A DNA stretch of 64,000 nt from Thermococcus sp. JdFR-02. GTDB taxonomy: Archaea; Methanobacteriota_B; Thermococci; Thermococcales; Thermococcaceae. The translations under genes were made by a program, and so were the position numbers. How positions within the stretch are numbered: position 1 is the stretch's first letter; every line of letters starts with the position of its first letter. This document shows positions 1 to 11,028 of this stretch, piece by piece. Below the pieces are notes generated by a model, which was given only the letters and a program-made list of their open reading frames with translations, was not told the DNA's origin and did not search any database. The DNA lies in assembly GCA_002009975.1 (NCBI GenBank), contig MTLP01000031.1:96001-160000 (forward strand), given 5' to 3'.

Positions 1-3
1 AGC

Positions 4-1974
4 TTGGCTACCATGTTCTACATGTTCTGGAGATTTCCAACGTACATGATATACTACGATGTAAATCAATACGATGTAATTTTTGGACTTTTAGCAATAG
101 CTCTTGTACTAGAAGCAACAAGAAGAACACTTGGATGGATTTTGCCCGCAATAGTCACCGTGTTTTTAATCTATGGAATAAGAGATACTGGATTTAACTG
201 GCAACGCTTTGTGCAGTATCTCTACCTCGATCAGGGTATATTTGGAATTCCCTTTTATGTCATGACAATCTATGTTTTCGCCTTTGTGTTCTTTGGAGCA
301 TTCTTGTTAAAAATTGGAGTGAGTGATTATATAACAGAATTTATGATAACACTCTTTGGTCCTCGTTCTGGAGGACCAGCAAAGTCTGCAGTTGTTTCAA
401 GTGGACTTATGGGTACTGTAAGTGGAAGTTCAGTAGCCAATGTTTTAACAACCGGAACTTTTACAATTCCTCTAATGAAGAAAGCGGGATATCCACCGGA
501 AATTGCAGGAGCTGTTGAACCAGTTGCTTCGACAGGAGGACAGCTAATGCCTCCAATCATGGGTGCTGCTGCATTTATTATGGCACAATTCTTAGGAGTG
601 CCTTATAACAAACTGATAATTGCAGCAGTATTGCCAGCTCTAATCTACTATTCAGGTGTTTACCTCTTTATCGATCTCGAAACTAAACGTTTGGGATTAA
701 AAGGAATGCCAAGGGAATACTTTACACCATTAAAGTATTTCATCAGAAAGCTCTACATTCTACTGCCAATAGTGGTCATAACCGTGGCTTTAGTGTGGGG
801 AATTGCTCCTCATATAGCGGCAATATCTTCATTAGGAATAGCAATCTGGGTGGCGTGGATATCAAAAGATGAAATACCAGGACATGAACAACTATATGTC
901 GGTGTTGTACTCCTTACTTTACTTCTCATGTTCAGTGGAGAAAATGTTGCAAAATATGCCGCAATAACCCTTACCCTGATAGCAACCGCGCTGATAATAT
1001 TGGCGTTTACATCCAAACATGTTGAAATGAATGAAAAGTTTTACATAAGCTTGCTGTTCATAATTTTCATTGCTTTCGCAAAATTCTTGGGCATAAGAAA
1101 AGAATCAATTCTATTAATGACTGGGGTCTTTGGAATAGTGTTTTCATTAATAGTCGGTCGTCTTTCTAAGAGTGAAGAAGGGAAGACAATGTACAGTGCA
1201 ACTTATACATCGATGATTGATGCTGGAAAAACGAGTACGAGCGTTATGCTCGCAGCTGCAAGTGCAGGTCTAATCCAAGGAGTTCTTACTATGACTGGAT
1301 TAGTTACAAGTTTAGGCTACAGATTAGTGGATCTCGCTGGAGGAAATCTGCTACTACTCTTAATGATGGCAATGGTATTCAGCCTTATACTTGGAATGGG
1401 TGTTCCAACAACAGCTAACTACGTTATAACATCTCTCGTTGCTGCACCTGCAGTATTTAACGCTGTGGCTAATGTGGGGATGTATGGACAACCAGTTCCT
1501 GGATATGGAACCCCAATAGCACTTCTCGCAGCACACTTCTTTGTGTTCTACTTTGGAATCCTTGCTGATTTAACTCCTCCTGTAGCCCTAGCAGCATATG
1601 CAGGTTCAGCTCTAGCTGGAGGAGACTTCTGGAAAACAGCGAGAAATTCTGTTAAATATGCTTTAGCAGGATACATTGGTCCATACATATATTTCCACCA
1701 CCCAGAAATGTTTTTAATCACAGTAACCTCATGGAATTTAATGACAGCGCTTAGAATACTCTACTACTTCCTAGCAACAATAATGATCATGTACCTCTTT
1801 GCAATTGCAATAACCGGATACCTCAATAAGACCTTAAGAAAAGAAATCAGAATAGCTTTGGGAGCATTAGGCTTTGCAGGTGCAACGTTACATATAATTC
1901 CAGTAACCTTAGGAGTATTAGCATTAGTGGGCTTAAAGATATATACAAAGAAGGCACAAAAAGTTAGTTCTTAG
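4..1974 (+). CDS. TRAP transporter 4TM/12TM fused permease (5' end outside window)
   Basis: Polytopic; motifs GGPAKSAVVSS, SGSSVANV, ASTGGQLMPPIMGAAAF, LGMGVPTTANY, TPPVALAAYA typical of DctM fusion. Confidence 0.9.
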   Translation: MATMFYMFWRFPTYMIYYDVNQYDVIFGLLAIALVLEATRRTLGWILPAIVTVFLIYGIRDTGFNWQRFVQYLYLDQGIFGIPFYVMTIYVFAFVFFGAFLLKIGVSDYITEFMITLFGPRSGGPAKSAVVSSGLMGTVSGSSVANVLTTGTFTIPLMKKAGYPPEIAGAVEPVASTGGQLMPPIMGAAAFIMAQFLGVPYNKLIIAAVLPALIYYSGVYLFIDLETKRLGLKGMPREYFTPLKYFIRKLYILLPIVVITVALVWGIAPHIAAISSLGIAIWVAWISKDEIPGHEQLYVGVVLLTLLLMFSGENVAKYAAITLTLIATALIILAFTSKHVEMNEKFYISLLFIIFIAFAKFLGIRKESILLMTGVFGIVFSLIVGRLSKSEEGKTMYSATYTSMIDAGKTSTSVMLAAASAGLIQGVLTMTGLVTSLGYRLVDLAGGNLLLLLMMAMVFSLILGMGVPTTANYVITSLVAAPAVFNAVANVGMYGQPVPGYGTPIALLAAHFFVFYFGILADLTPPVALAAYAGSALAGGDFWKTARNSVKYALAGYIGPYIYFHHPEMFLITVTSWNLMTALRILYYFLATIMIMYLFAIAITGYLNKTLRKEIRIALGALGFAGATLHIIPVTLGVLALVGLKIYTKKAQKVSS

Positions 1975-2002
1975 CTATTTTCTTTTTATCATTTATAAAA
2001 GC

Positions 2003-2833
2003 TCAGACACATCTTACACATTTTTCATAATCTTCCTTGCTTAACCTCCATCCCATTGCCCCAAAGTTTTCTTCTAAGTGTTTTCTGTTGTTTGCCTTTG
2101 GTATTGCTATTACATTTTCTTTCCAAATCAACCAGTTCAAGGCTACTTGTGCAGATGTCTTGTTGTATTTCTTCCCAATTTCGGCTAAGCATTTATTCTT
2201 AGCAAGTCTTCCCTTTTCTAAAGGAGTGTAAGCAATTAAAGCAATCCTTTCTTTTTCCATATAAGGCAAAAGCTCCTTTTCTACCCACCTATCCCTAAGG
2301 CTATACTTAACCTCATTGGCAACGACCTCATACCTCTTCATAACGCTCTGGGCTTCTTGTAAAAGGGAGAGATTGAAATTACTCACGCCTATATAGCGGA
2401 TTAAACCCTCATCCACAAGTTCTTCCATTGCTCTCATAGTCTCACTTAAAGGCACGTCTGGATTGGGCCAATGTAAAAGATAGAGATCAATGTAAGTGTT
2501 GAGCCTTTTTACACTATTCTTGGCGGCTTTTAGAACATCCTTATACCTAAAGTGGCTTGGCCAAACTTTACTTATAATAAAGATACTTTCCCTTTCATAT
2601 TCTTTAATCGCTTTTCCAACTATCTCCTCACTATGTCCAGCACCATAAAACTCTGCCGTGTCGATTAAATTGATTCCTAATTCCAATCCATATCTTAAAG
2701 CTTCAATACTTTCATTATCGTTTGAGTAGTCCGGAGTTTCATAACCTCCAATACCCCATGTACCCATCCCAATTGCCGTTACTTTATCTTCACCAATAAC
2801 TTTGAGATCTTTAAAAACATTAACTCCCTTCAT
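2003..2833 (-). CDS. Aldo/keto reductase
   Basis: GMGTWGIGG, IDTAEFYG, SKVWP, DLYLLHWP, IGVSNF, AYTPL, IPKA motifs. Confidence 0.92.
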   Translation of the reverse strand: MKGVNVFKDLKVIGEDKVTAIGMGTWGIGGYETPDYSNDNESIEALRYGLELGINLIDTAEFYGAGHSEEIVGKAIKEYERESIFIISKVWPSHFRYKDVLKAAKNSVKRLNTYIDLYLLHWPNPDVPLSETMRAMEELVDEGLIRYIGVSNFNLSLLQEAQSVMKRYEVVANEVKYSLRDRWVEKELLPYMEKERIALIAYTPLEKGRLAKNKCLAEIGKKYNKTSAQVALNWLIWKENVIAIPKANNRKHLEENFGAMGWRLSKEDYEKCVRCV

Positions 2834-2993
2834 AGGTTTCACCTATAGAAAATTTGATATTCAAACTTATTAAGTTTGCGATTTGAACATTAAGATTAAT
2901 ATCGAAAACTATCTTTGAGTTTAAAAGAACTTGAAATTGTTATTCCACGAAAATTATAAACTTTAAGAGGGAATATTTAATTGGTGCCGATTA

Positions 2994-4136
2994 ATGGTAA
3001 GCTGGTATTTCAAAGAAATACTTCTAAAGCTAGGTGTTGATGAAGAAAGGATAGAGATCATGAGTGCTAAAGGTGGGTTTAGTGAAGATGAATTTGAAGG
3101 AATAAGGTACTTACGCTTTAAAGACTCTGTAAAAAAGCTTAGAAGAGGCACTGTTGTTTTTAGTCAAAATGATATAGTTCTGGGATTTCCCCATATAAGA
3201 AGAGTAGTGCAGTTGGAAAATGGTGTGCAGAGGGTCTTTAAGAACAAGCCATTTTATGTTGAAGAAAAAATAGATGGTTATAATGTCAGAGTTGTGAAAG
3301 TTAATGATAAAATTCTTGCCATAACTCGAGGTGGCTTTATCTGTCCCTTTACCACAGAGAGAATAGATGACTTCATTAATGTTGACTTCTTTAAAGATTA
3401 TCCCAATTTGATTCTCTGCGGAGAAATGGCTGGTCCAGAAAGCCCTTATTTAGTAGAAGGACCACCTTACGTTAAAGAGGATATACAGTTTTTCCTTTTT
3501 GATATCCAAGAAAAGAGAACTGGAAAATCTTTAACTGTTGAAGAAAGGCTAAAGTTAGCAGAGGAATATGGAATTCCTCATGTGGAAGTTTTTGGAAAGT
3601 ACAGCATAAAGCAGATAAAAGAGCTTCATGAACTGGTAGAAAGATTGGCTGAGGAAAGGAGAGAAGGAATAGTTATGAAAAGCCCAGATATGAAAAAAGT
3701 TGTGAAATACGTAAGTCCTTATTCAAACATAAATGACATCAAAATAGGTTCTAGGCTTTTCTTTGACTTACCATATGGCTACTTTATGCAGAGAATTAAA
3801 AGATTGGCATTTTATTTGGCAGAAAAGAGAATTAAAGGAGAGGAATTTGAAGAATATGCTAAAGCTCTTGGAATTGCATTGTTACAGCCATTTGTCGAGA
3901 GCATTTGGGATGTAGCCAACGGTGAAGAAATTGCCGAAACCTTCATAGTTAGAGTGAAAAAAATTGAGACAGCTTATAAGATGGTTTCCCACTTTGAGAG
4001 GCTTGGATTAAATATACACATTGAAGATATAGAAGAACTCAATAATGGCTACTGGAGAATAACCTTTAGAAGAGTTTATGATGATGCTACAAAAGAAATA
4101 AGAGAGCTATGGAATGGACATGCTTTTGTGGACTGA
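2994..4136 (+). CDS. ATP-dependent RNA ligase, Pab1020/Rnl3 family
   Basis: Motif I EEKIDGYNVR, TRGGFICPFTT, CGEMAGPESPY, FFLFDI, REGIVMK. Confidence 0.92.
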   Translation: MVSWYFKEILLKLGVDEERIEIMSAKGGFSEDEFEGIRYLRFKDSVKKLRRGTVVFSQNDIVLGFPHIRRVVQLENGVQRVFKNKPFYVEEKIDGYNVRVVKVNDKILAITRGGFICPFTTERIDDFINVDFFKDYPNLILCGEMAGPESPYLVEGPPYVKEDIQFFLFDIQEKRTGKSLTVEERLKLAEEYGIPHVEVFGKYSIKQIKELHELVERLAEERREGIVMKSPDMKKVVKYVSPYSNINDIKIGSRLFFDLPYGYFMQRIKRLAFYLAEKRIKGEEFEEYAKALGIALLQPFVESIWDVANGEEIAETFIVRVKKIETAYKMVSHFERLGLNIHIEDIEELNNGYWRITFRRVYDDATKEIRELWNGHAFVD

Positions 4137-4151
4137 TGCAGGAGAAGAATC

Positions 4152-4739
4152 CTATCTCCCATATTTTTCTATTAACTCCTCTAGAATCTCCTTAAACTTG
4201 GCAGCATCAACCCATTTTATGCCCATCTTTTCAGCCCAAGTTAAAATACCAACATCAGCTGAAACTATTATCGCATCGAGTTCTTTTGCCAACAAAATAA
4301 GCTCAAAATCCTCTTTACTATCGATCAATCCCTCTCTCAAAGCTCTTCTATAATTGCGTCTCAATTTGTTGATTATTTTATTCACATCAGCCTCCAAAAT
4401 GCCCTCTCTAACTGCAGTTTCAGCAACCCTTAAACCTTTATCGATTCTCCTCCTAATGTCTTCAATAAGTTCATAGACAACAAAAGCTGGAATTTTCATG
4501 TCATGCACATTAGGAGGCTTCCTTATTATATAAAGCTCAATATCTGGAGAAACTTCGCTCTCATCCACAAAATGCATAATTTCCTTGTATATTCCAGGAG
4601 ATACGTAAAACTCAACTTTACCAAAAAGCCTCTCAGCGTATTCTAAAAACTTCCTCATAGCTTCAGTTGGCGTATCCCCAAATTTTTTTCTAACATCTGG
4701 ATTAACAAAAATGCTCGTATCGAGGACAAACCTAATCAT
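4152..4739 (-). CDS. RNA-free RNase P (HARP, PIN domain, 'RNA ligase partner' family)
   Basis: FVLDTSIF, RRRIDKGLRVAE, RRALREGLIDSKEDFELILLAKE, SADVGI; next to Rnl3. Confidence 0.9.
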   Translation of the reverse strand: MIRFVLDTSIFVNPDVRKKFGDTPTEAMRKFLEYAERLFGKVEFYVSPGIYKEIMHFVDESEVSPDIELYIIRKPPNVHDMKIPAFVVYELIEDIRRRIDKGLRVAETAVREGILEADVNKIINKLRRNYRRALREGLIDSKEDFELILLAKELDAIIVSADVGILTWAEKMGIKWVDAAKFKEILEELIEKYGR

Positions 4740-4794
4740 CGCGACCACAAGATTAATTATAGTCTTGCTTGCTTTTAATCTTTAGGTGAAAGCA

Positions 4795-5997
4795 ATGAAA
4801 ATAGGAGTTGTCTTCGGAATAAGTGAATTGGCAAATCCAAAATATTTTGAAAAGAAGGCTTCAAAGTTTTTGACAGACTTAGCTGGAGAGTTTGAAATAA
4901 AGGGTGGACTCTTTGTTTCTTCAAAAGAAGAAACGAGACAAGAGGAACTTGACTTTCATGATGTGGATGCCATAGTCTTATATCCTCTCACAGGAGGAAC
5001 AGAAAATCCACTGAAAGAATTTGCCTACTTCAGAAAGCCAGTAATCCTTTTTGGTGATTCTTACAACAATTCAATAGCTGCTGCAATTGAGCTTAGAGAG
5101 TATTTTAGAGAAAAACTAATTCCATCAACATTAGTTAAAACTTATGAAGAGCTTAAAGCCGCTTTACTTGGATATGAAGACATGAAAGAGATATTGGAGA
5201 AGTTTCTAAAATTAAGGCTTGGATTAATTGGGAGGGTTTCTCCTTGGTTAATTAACGAGGATTTTGAACTTCCTTACATTCATATAAGCCTAAAGAAGTT
5301 TTATGAATACTACAATAGAATAACAGATGCCGAAGGTTATAGAGCAGTTGAGAAGATAATAGGGAAAGCTAAGAACATTGTAGAGCCAAAAAGGGATGAT
5401 TTGATAAAAGCTGGAAGGATTTATTTAGCCATAAGACAGATAATTGAAGATTATAAGCTTGACGGCTTTACAATCGGTTGTTTTGATCTAATTGGAAAGA
5501 TAAAGGCAACACCTTGCTTAGCTTTAGCAATGTTTAATGCTGAAGGAATTCCCGCTGCTTGTGAAGGAGAGCTTAATTCCCTATTGGGCATGACCATAAT
5601 TAGAAGATTCTTTGATAAACCCGCATTCATGGGGAATATAGCTGATTATGGTGAAGATTACATCATTTTAGCTCACTGTACAGCTCCACTAATAGCAAAT
5701 TACAATCTAAGAAGCCACTTTGAGAGTGGAATGGGAGTTGGTGTTGAAGTTTTCCTACCAAAGGAAAAAGCATCATTGTTAAAAATCAAGGGAAGAAAAG
5801 CTGTTGTTGCTGGAGTTGAAGTTAAAGAAAGAGAGAGAAATGAGCAGAGATGCAGAACACAGCTTAAGCTTAAAGTTGAAGAAGCAAAAGACTTCATCGA
5901 TGGAACCCTTGGAAATCATCACCTTTTAGCTTACGTGGATAGTGAAGAGTTAGCAGATTTGCTAAGTGAGCTTGGCTTTGAAGTTATGCTCTATTGA
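4795..5997 (+). CDS. L-fucose/L-arabinose isomerase family-like protein
   Basis: TGGTE, FTIGCF, PCLALA, AACEGE, AHCTAP, RSHFESG, CRTQ, GNHH motifs. Confidence 0.75.
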   Translation: MKIGVVFGISELANPKYFEKKASKFLTDLAGEFEIKGGLFVSSKEETRQEELDFHDVDAIVLYPLTGGTENPLKEFAYFRKPVILFGDSYNNSIAAAIELREYFREKLIPSTLVKTYEELKAALLGYEDMKEILEKFLKLRLGLIGRVSPWLINEDFELPYIHISLKKFYEYYNRITDAEGYRAVEKIIGKAKNIVEPKRDDLIKAGRIYLAIRQIIEDYKLDGFTIGCFDLIGKIKATPCLALAMFNAEGIPAACEGELNSLLGMTIIRRFFDKPAFMGNIADYGEDYIILAHCTAPLIANYNLRSHFESGMGVGVEVFLPKEKASLLKIKGRKAVVAGVEVKERERNEQRCRTQLKLKVEEAKDFIDGTLGNHHLLAYVDSEELADLLSELGFEVMLY

Positions 5998-6006
5998 CTT
6001 TCCTTT

Positions 6007-6732
6007 TTATGATTTCAAAAATGCGTCAACAAAATTTCTTGTTTCTTTTAGTGCTTCTAAAGGAATTCCTTTGGGTAATCCACCGATTTCTCCTTGGACA
6101 TCTTTTAAAACCCCATCTCCCGCACCAAGGAACATTCCCTCACTTGTTATGCCTCTAAGGTTTGCTGGGGGAAGTAGAGCAACCGCAACCCTATCTCCCT
6201 CTTTAACGCTCAAATCATTCGTCACGACTGTTATTGCCCTTTCTCCGATGTTTACATTACAAACTAAGAGTTTATCTGCATTTGGATGCTTTCCAACGCT
6301 CATAACTTCTCCAACTTTAATGTCGACTCCAATCACTGGATCATTTATTTTGCCAAAAGCTAATCTTTTATCAAGGTTTGTTAAGGTGTTTATCGCAAAC
6401 TTAATTTTTGCTATAGCCTCTTCAACCTTTTCTCTTTCATCCTTATCTGCTAATCCTAAGAACCTCTTATACCACTCTCCCCCGCCTAAAGCTTCAATTA
6501 TTTCACCAACTTTTTGTTTTATACCCTGCATTTGGGGAGTGTTTACCAAATCCTTGGGGTCAAGATAGGAATACCTCATTGCTTGAAGCTCTGGGATTAT
6601 GTGCTTTGCAGTATCAATTGCTTTCTTTTTCTCCCATTTACCTTTAAACTTTGCATTTTCAAGTGTCCTTATCATTAATTCAACTGCTTTTTCAGCAACC
6701 AATAAGCGATAATCCTTACTTGTGTCCCACAT
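6007..6732 (-). CDS. tRNA-binding protein (C-terminal Trbp111/EMAP OB domain)
   Basis: [26 protein letters not shown]. Confidence 0.88.
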   Translation of the reverse strand: MWDTSKDYRLLVAEKAVELMIRTLENAKFKGKWEKKKAIDTAKHIIPELQAMRYSYLDPKDLVNTPQMQGIKQKVGEIIEALGGGEWYKRFLGLADKDEREKVEEAIAKIKFAINTLTNLDKRLAFGKINDPVIGVDIKVGEVMSVGKHPNADKLLVCNVNIGERAITVVTNDLSVKEGDRVAVALLPPANLRGITSEGMFLGAGDGVLKDVQGEIGGLPKGIPLEALKETRNFVDAFLKS

Positions 6733-7795
6733 CTAACTCACCCTGAATCTCTTCTATAAGGCTTCTCCTAATACCTTTGTGAGGTATTGCTTTAATAATT
6801 TTTAGAGCCTTCCTTGTATTTCCCAACTTTATGAACATTCTAGAGAGATCTGCTAAGATCTGAGAAAGCTCAAGTTCATCGGATATATGCCCAGCAGTTA
6901 TTAAAGCTTCATCAAGAAATCCAAGGTTCATTAAGGTGTAAGCGATATAGGACAAACTACTATCAGAGACACTAATATCACCGTTTAGAATTTGAGAAGC
7001 GATATCCTTTGCTATCATCTCTGCATATTTCTTTTGATCATTGTTATAAAGCCATCTGGCAATTTCAACGAGAGCAACTAGCCTGTCTTCTGGAGTTAAG
7101 AACTTCACAACATCAATTGCAGAGTCTATATCGCCGTTCTCCAAGGCTTTTCTTACAGCAGCAACTCCTTCTTTAAACGCGCTTTTAATAAGTCCTATCT
7201 TATTTTCGATCCTTTTAGCCTTCACCTTCATATTGAGCAGAGAATAAATCTCATGAATAAGTTCATAGAATTTTATAGCATCTGGAGTTGTGGTTCTTTC
7301 AGCTATCTCTGTTATTCTCCTAATAAGTTTCATCATTGGATCAACGTAATTTCCCTGTGAATTCCTAAGGAATTCCTTAGCTAGCTTAAATATCTCAAGT
7401 GCTTCATTCAATCTTCCAGAAAGAGCCATGTAATAGGCTACTTCAGTCAAAGCGTTTGCTCTTCCAATGTATTCCTTTATTGAAGAGGAGTGCTCAAGGG
7501 CTAGATTGAAGTACTTCTCTGCTTCTAGCTCTTTTCCAGCTTCATGGGCAATATATCCCAATAGAGCAAAGGTTTTTGCTTTTTTCCATTCCTCACTAAG
7601 CAGCTCAGCTATCTCCATCATCTCTCTCGTAATGATGTTGTAGTACTCTTCATACTCCAAGTTCCTTCCAATTTTACGTGCAATATATCCCAAGAAGTCG
7701 ATTTTTGAGTCTCTCCCAGAAACTTGATGAGCAAGATCAATTGCCTCTTTAACTTTCCCCTCCTCAAGAAGTCTGTCAATCTTCTCGAAACGCAT
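6716..7795 (-). CDS. Hypothetical all-helical (TPR-like) protein
   Basis: 359 aa ORF with repeated amphipathic helix pairs. Confidence 0.65.
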   Translation of the reverse strand: MRFEKIDRLLEEGKVKEAIDLAHQVSGRDSKIDFLGYIARKIGRNLEYEEYYNIITREMMEIAELLSEEWKKAKTFALLGYIAHEAGKELEAEKYFNLALEHSSSIKEYIGRANALTEVAYYMALSGRLNEALEIFKLAKEFLRNSQGNYVDPMMKLIRRITEIAERTTTPDAIKFYELIHEIYSLLNMKVKAKRIENKIGLIKSAFKEGVAAVRKALENGDIDSAIDVVKFLTPEDRLVALVEIARWLYNNDQKKYAEMIAKDIASQILNGDISVSDSSLSYIAYTLMNLGFLDEALITAGHISDELELSQILADLSRMFIKLGNTRKALKIIKAIPHKGIRRSLIEEIQGELDVGHK

Positions 7796-7849
7796 GAGCT
7801 TTCACCAACTCTTTGCCCACTGTAATAAGTAGACCGCTTATTTTTAAAA

Positions 7850-8176
7850 TTATTTCCTTGTTCTTCTATCCCACTCCTCTAACATGGTATTTAATGCGAG
7901 TAAATTTGTAAGCTTCAGCTTAACTCTCCTCCTCTCGTAGTCTATTCCACCTTCAAAATCATTCAGAAGTTCAAATACAACACCTGGCTCTTTCTCTCCC
8001 AAAGCTTTCCCATAAAATTCTTCACCACACCTAGGACATTTGAATACGAACTCACTAAAAGCTTTCAAGAATTCCTGCTTATCTCCCAAAAGTTCCCTAA
8101 AATTCTCTAAACTCAACATTTGCTCAATCAAATCTTCCCATTTCAATGCTTCACCACAGATCGGACATCTTGCCAT
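7850..8176 (-). CDS. Small Zn-finger-like hypothetical protein
   Basis: CPIC...CPRC pairs; RBS GGTGA. Confidence 0.75.
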   Translation of the reverse strand: MARCPICGEALKWEDLIEQMLSLENFRELLGDKQEFLKAFSEFVFKCPRCGEEFYGKALGEKEPGVVFELLNDFEGGIDYERRRVKLKLTNLLALNTMLEEWDRRTRK

Positions 8177-8180
8177 ATCA

Positions 8181-9161
8181 TCACCCCAGACTCTTTAAAA
8201 ACTTCTCAATTTCTCTCACTAAAAACTTTATAGCCTTGTCAAAATTTCTCTTTCCATTTGCTCCAGCTGCTCCACTATGTCCACCACCAGAACCATCTAT
8301 AATTGGTCCAACTTTTTCCATTAGCTTTCCCAAATGAAGACCCCTTTTAACCAAATATTCCCTTGCCCTCGCTGAAATCCTAACTCCTTCCTTGTCACTT
8401 CCTACAATAGCAACATCAGCACCCAACTGAAGGAAGGTTTTACATGCTAAAGATTCATAAGCAGAAACCTTTGAAATTGCAATAACGTATCTCTTAACTT
8501 TCTTAACTTCCATTCTTTGGCAAGCTTTTAAAATTGCCATTCTTTTGGCTTGATCTATGTTCTCATCACTAACTGGAGCAACTAAGTTGAATATTTCCCC
8601 CATTTGAATATTAAAAATACTTAAAATTTCACTTACAGTTTTGAAAGTCTTAGAGTTTGCAAATCTAAAATTAGCGGTATCAGTAACAATCCCAGCTAAA
8701 ATTGCCTTAGCAGAGGTTAAATCATAAAAGTTGAGATACTTTAGGAGTTCCCATACTATCTCTGCTGTAGAAGTCCTCGAAGAGTCTACCACTCTAACCT
8801 TTGCTTTTATAGGCTTTTTCTTCTCAATATGATGATCTATTACAATAATAACTCTATCTTTTGGAATTTCAACAGGCTCAAGCTGTTCAGGAGAAGATGT
8901 ATCAAATATTACGACAACATCTTCTTTAACTTCAGGATCTTTTTCAACCTCTGCAAACTGCAAAAGTCTTTTAGCATAGGAAGAAACACTTTGAGCAACT
9001 CCAATACGATATTTCAATCCTAAGCTCTCAAGATAACGAGAAAAAGCAATAGCACTACCCAAAGCATCTGGATCAGCATTATGGTGACAAAGTAGCAAAA
9101 AGGATAAATTTTTTCCCTTTGCTTGATTCATAAAACGCTTAAACTTTATTTTGCCCTGCAA
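8181..9161 (-). CDS. DHH/DHHA1 family phosphoesterase
   Basis: HHNADPDALGS, IDHH, GIVTDT, GGGHSGAAG. Confidence 0.92.
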   Translation of the reverse strand: MQGKIKFKRFMNQAKGKNLSFLLLCHHNADPDALGSAIAFSRYLESLGLKYRIGVAQSVSSYAKRLLQFAEVEKDPEVKEDVVVIFDTSSPEQLEPVEIPKDRVIIVIDHHIEKKKPIKAKVRVVDSSRTSTAEIVWELLKYLNFYDLTSAKAILAGIVTDTANFRFANSKTFKTVSEILSIFNIQMGEIFNLVAPVSDENIDQAKRMAILKACQRMEVKKVKRYVIAISKVSAYESLACKTFLQLGADVAIVGSDKEGVRISARAREYLVKRGLHLGKLMEKVGPIIDGSGGGHSGAAGANGKRNFDKAIKFLVREIEKFLKSLG

Positions 9162-9462
9162 TTTCCCTCAACCGTTTCTCAACTTTTTCATAAGCTTTTT
9201 CCAAAGCCTCTTCAATTAGCTTATCAACATCAACCTTCACAAATATAGGAACCTCTATGTAAGCTTCAACTTCCAGGTTTAGTGTTTCGTTCCTGTTTAT
9301 CCTTGTAGTAACCTCAATGTCCTTTACTTCACTCTTTGATAGATGCTCAAAAATGTAATTTACAACAGTTTCCTGTGCTAAATCACCAATTTCAATTAGT
9401 TGTTCCTCACTAAGCTCTGGTAAGCCAATATGAACAACCCTTACATGCTCCACTTTCTTCAC
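9139..9462 (-). CDS. DUF3194-like conserved archaeal protein
   Basis: IGLPELSEEQL; conserved position between pfdB and DHH gene. Confidence 0.7.
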   Translation of the reverse strand: MKKVEHVRVVHIGLPELSEEQLIEIGDLAQETVVNYIFEHLSKSEVKDIEVTTRINRNETLNLEVEAYIEVPIFVKVDVDKLIEEALEKAYEKVEKRLREIAGQNKV

Positions 9463-9484
9463 CTAAAAGAGGAAGTAAAAGGAA

Positions 9485-9838
9485 TTAACCAGCAACTCCC
9501 CCTCTTAAAGCCGCCTGTATCTTTTGAGTGAGCTCCTTAATCTTCTCGTTGAGTTTTTGTTCTTGCCTTTCTAAAGCACTGAGTCTTACTTCCAAAGTTT
9601 CAAGCTTATCTTTAAGCTCATCTAGAGATTTCTGCTTATTGGTCTTGACGATTAAAGTCCCTACCGTTTTGTATATTGAAGTGTCCTCTTCGACTTTCTC
9701 TATTTCTTCTATTGCCTTCTTAACGTCATTTAAGTCAATTTGGACTTTTTGCTTTTGCTGAATAACCAATTGAAGTTGCTGTTGATAGCTCTCAAGCTGT
9801 CCCAATAAAGCTTGAACTTGGGGTGGAATGTTCTGCAT
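9485..9838 (-). CDS. pfdB: Prefoldin beta subunit
   Basis: MQNIPPQVQ, YKTVGTLIVK, coiled coils. Confidence 0.95.
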   Translation of the reverse strand: MQNIPPQVQALLGQLESYQQQLQLVIQQKQKVQIDLNDVKKAIEEIEKVEEDTSIYKTVGTLIVKTNKQKSLDELKDKLETLEVRLSALERQEQKLNEKIKELTQKIQAALRGGVAG

Positions 9839-9941
9839 CTTAACACCTCCATAACCGTGAATTTCACTTCCTCTTTAAGTTTAGACATTTGCTTAAAAAG
9901 GCTTTCCATCGGTTTCTACAAAGGTCACCTAATTTTGGAAA

Positions 9942-10190
9942 TTAGAGATCAGAAACATCCATAGCTATCTTAATCCATCTCAAATAGGAGTTCAAAGTTC
10001 CCCTCAAAGCAGAATTATCCTTTGCGATGAACTTTATTTTTATCTTATTCCCCTCTCTCTCAAATTTAATCCTGCTCCTTCGATATGGAACGCTTTCATG
10101 TTCCAGAAGAACGCTCTCATAAACAACCTTTGCTATCTCTTCATTTGGGAATTCAATCTCAATAATGCCCTTTATTGGGGCTTTTGGCAT
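9942..10190 (-). CDS. pcc1: KEOPS complex subunit Pcc1
   Basis: AKDNSALRGTLNSYLRWI; superoperon context. Confidence 0.9.
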   Translation of the reverse strand: MPKAPIKGIIEIEFPNEEIAKVVYESVLLEHESVPYRRSRIKFEREGNKIKIKFIAKDNSALRGTLNSYLRWIKIAMDVSDL

Positions 10191-10195
10191 GAAAA

Positions 10196-10828
10196 TCACT
10201 CCTTGCTTTTAACTTTAATTCCTAAAGCCTCTTTATAGTCCCATCTTCTCCCATCTTCCATAATCCAAATTTTAACACTGATTAAAGGTCCAACAGGTTT
10301 ATCCTTAACAATATCTAAGCGATAGAAATTAATTGCCATACCTCTTGGATGTCTCTCAACAACACCCAAAACATCGGTGTTGTATTTATCTGCAATAGCC
10401 TGCAAGCTTAAATCCATTCTTGGAACGAATTTACCATTTGTTAGCTCAGCGAATACTTGGGCAAAAGCGACATGATCTAAGCCAACTCTCTTAGCGGTTG
10501 TAACTATAAAGGGCATATCTTCCTTAATTAACCTTATATTCCTAAACCCGATTTCTCTCTGCAACTTAATTCCATGCAAGTAAAGATAACCCAAATATCC
10601 CCAATCAGTAGGAGAAACTTTAATGAAAGTCATTTTGAGTGGATTACCCTTCCATACATTAATAATCAAAAGTCTTTCATAACCCCGATCATAAGCTTCC
10701 ATAAGAAGATCTTGAATAGTCTTTTTTCCCCTCGTCAAATAGGTAGAATTAGGGAAAACTCTTTCTAAATCATGACCAAAACTCCTTGTCCTCCGAGTAG
10801 GTCTATGAGAAGTTGTTATTAGAATCAT
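10196..10828 (-). CDS. Brix/Imp4-domain ribosome biogenesis protein
   Basis: ITTSHRPTRRTRSF, RGKK, KGNP. Confidence 0.9.
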   Translation of the reverse strand: MILITTSHRPTRRTRSFGHDLERVFPNSTYLTRGKKTIQDLLMEAYDRGYERLLIINVWKGNPLKMTFIKVSPTDWGYLGYLYLHGIKLQREIGFRNIRLIKEDMPFIVTTAKRVGLDHVAFAQVFAELTNGKFVPRMDLSLQAIADKYNTDVLGVVERHPRGMAINFYRLDIVKDKPVGPLISVKIWIMEDGRRWDYKEALGIKVKSKE

Positions 10829-10848
10829 TTTCACTCACGAATTGTTTT

Positions 10849-11001
10849 TCAAATTGCCTTAACCCTTCTTGCAACCTTAGTCCTTGGTTTATAGAGTATC
10901 TTGCTTCCACAGAAAGTACATCTAACTTCTCTTGTGGTTGCTAAATCAATCTTAACTTCCTTACCACATTTCGCACATCTATATATTACTTCCACCATCA
11001 T
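10849..11001 (-). CDS. rpoP: RNA polymerase subunit P (Rpo12); not in ORF track
   Basis: Manual translation MMVEVIYRCAKCGKEVKIDLATTREVRCTFCGSKILYKPRTKVARRVKAI. Confidence 0.95.
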   Translation of the reverse strand: MMVEVIYRCAKCGKEVKIDLATTREVRCTFCGSKILYKPRTKVARRVKAI

Positions 11002-11028
11002 TATCACCAAAAAGATGTTTTAAGGGGA

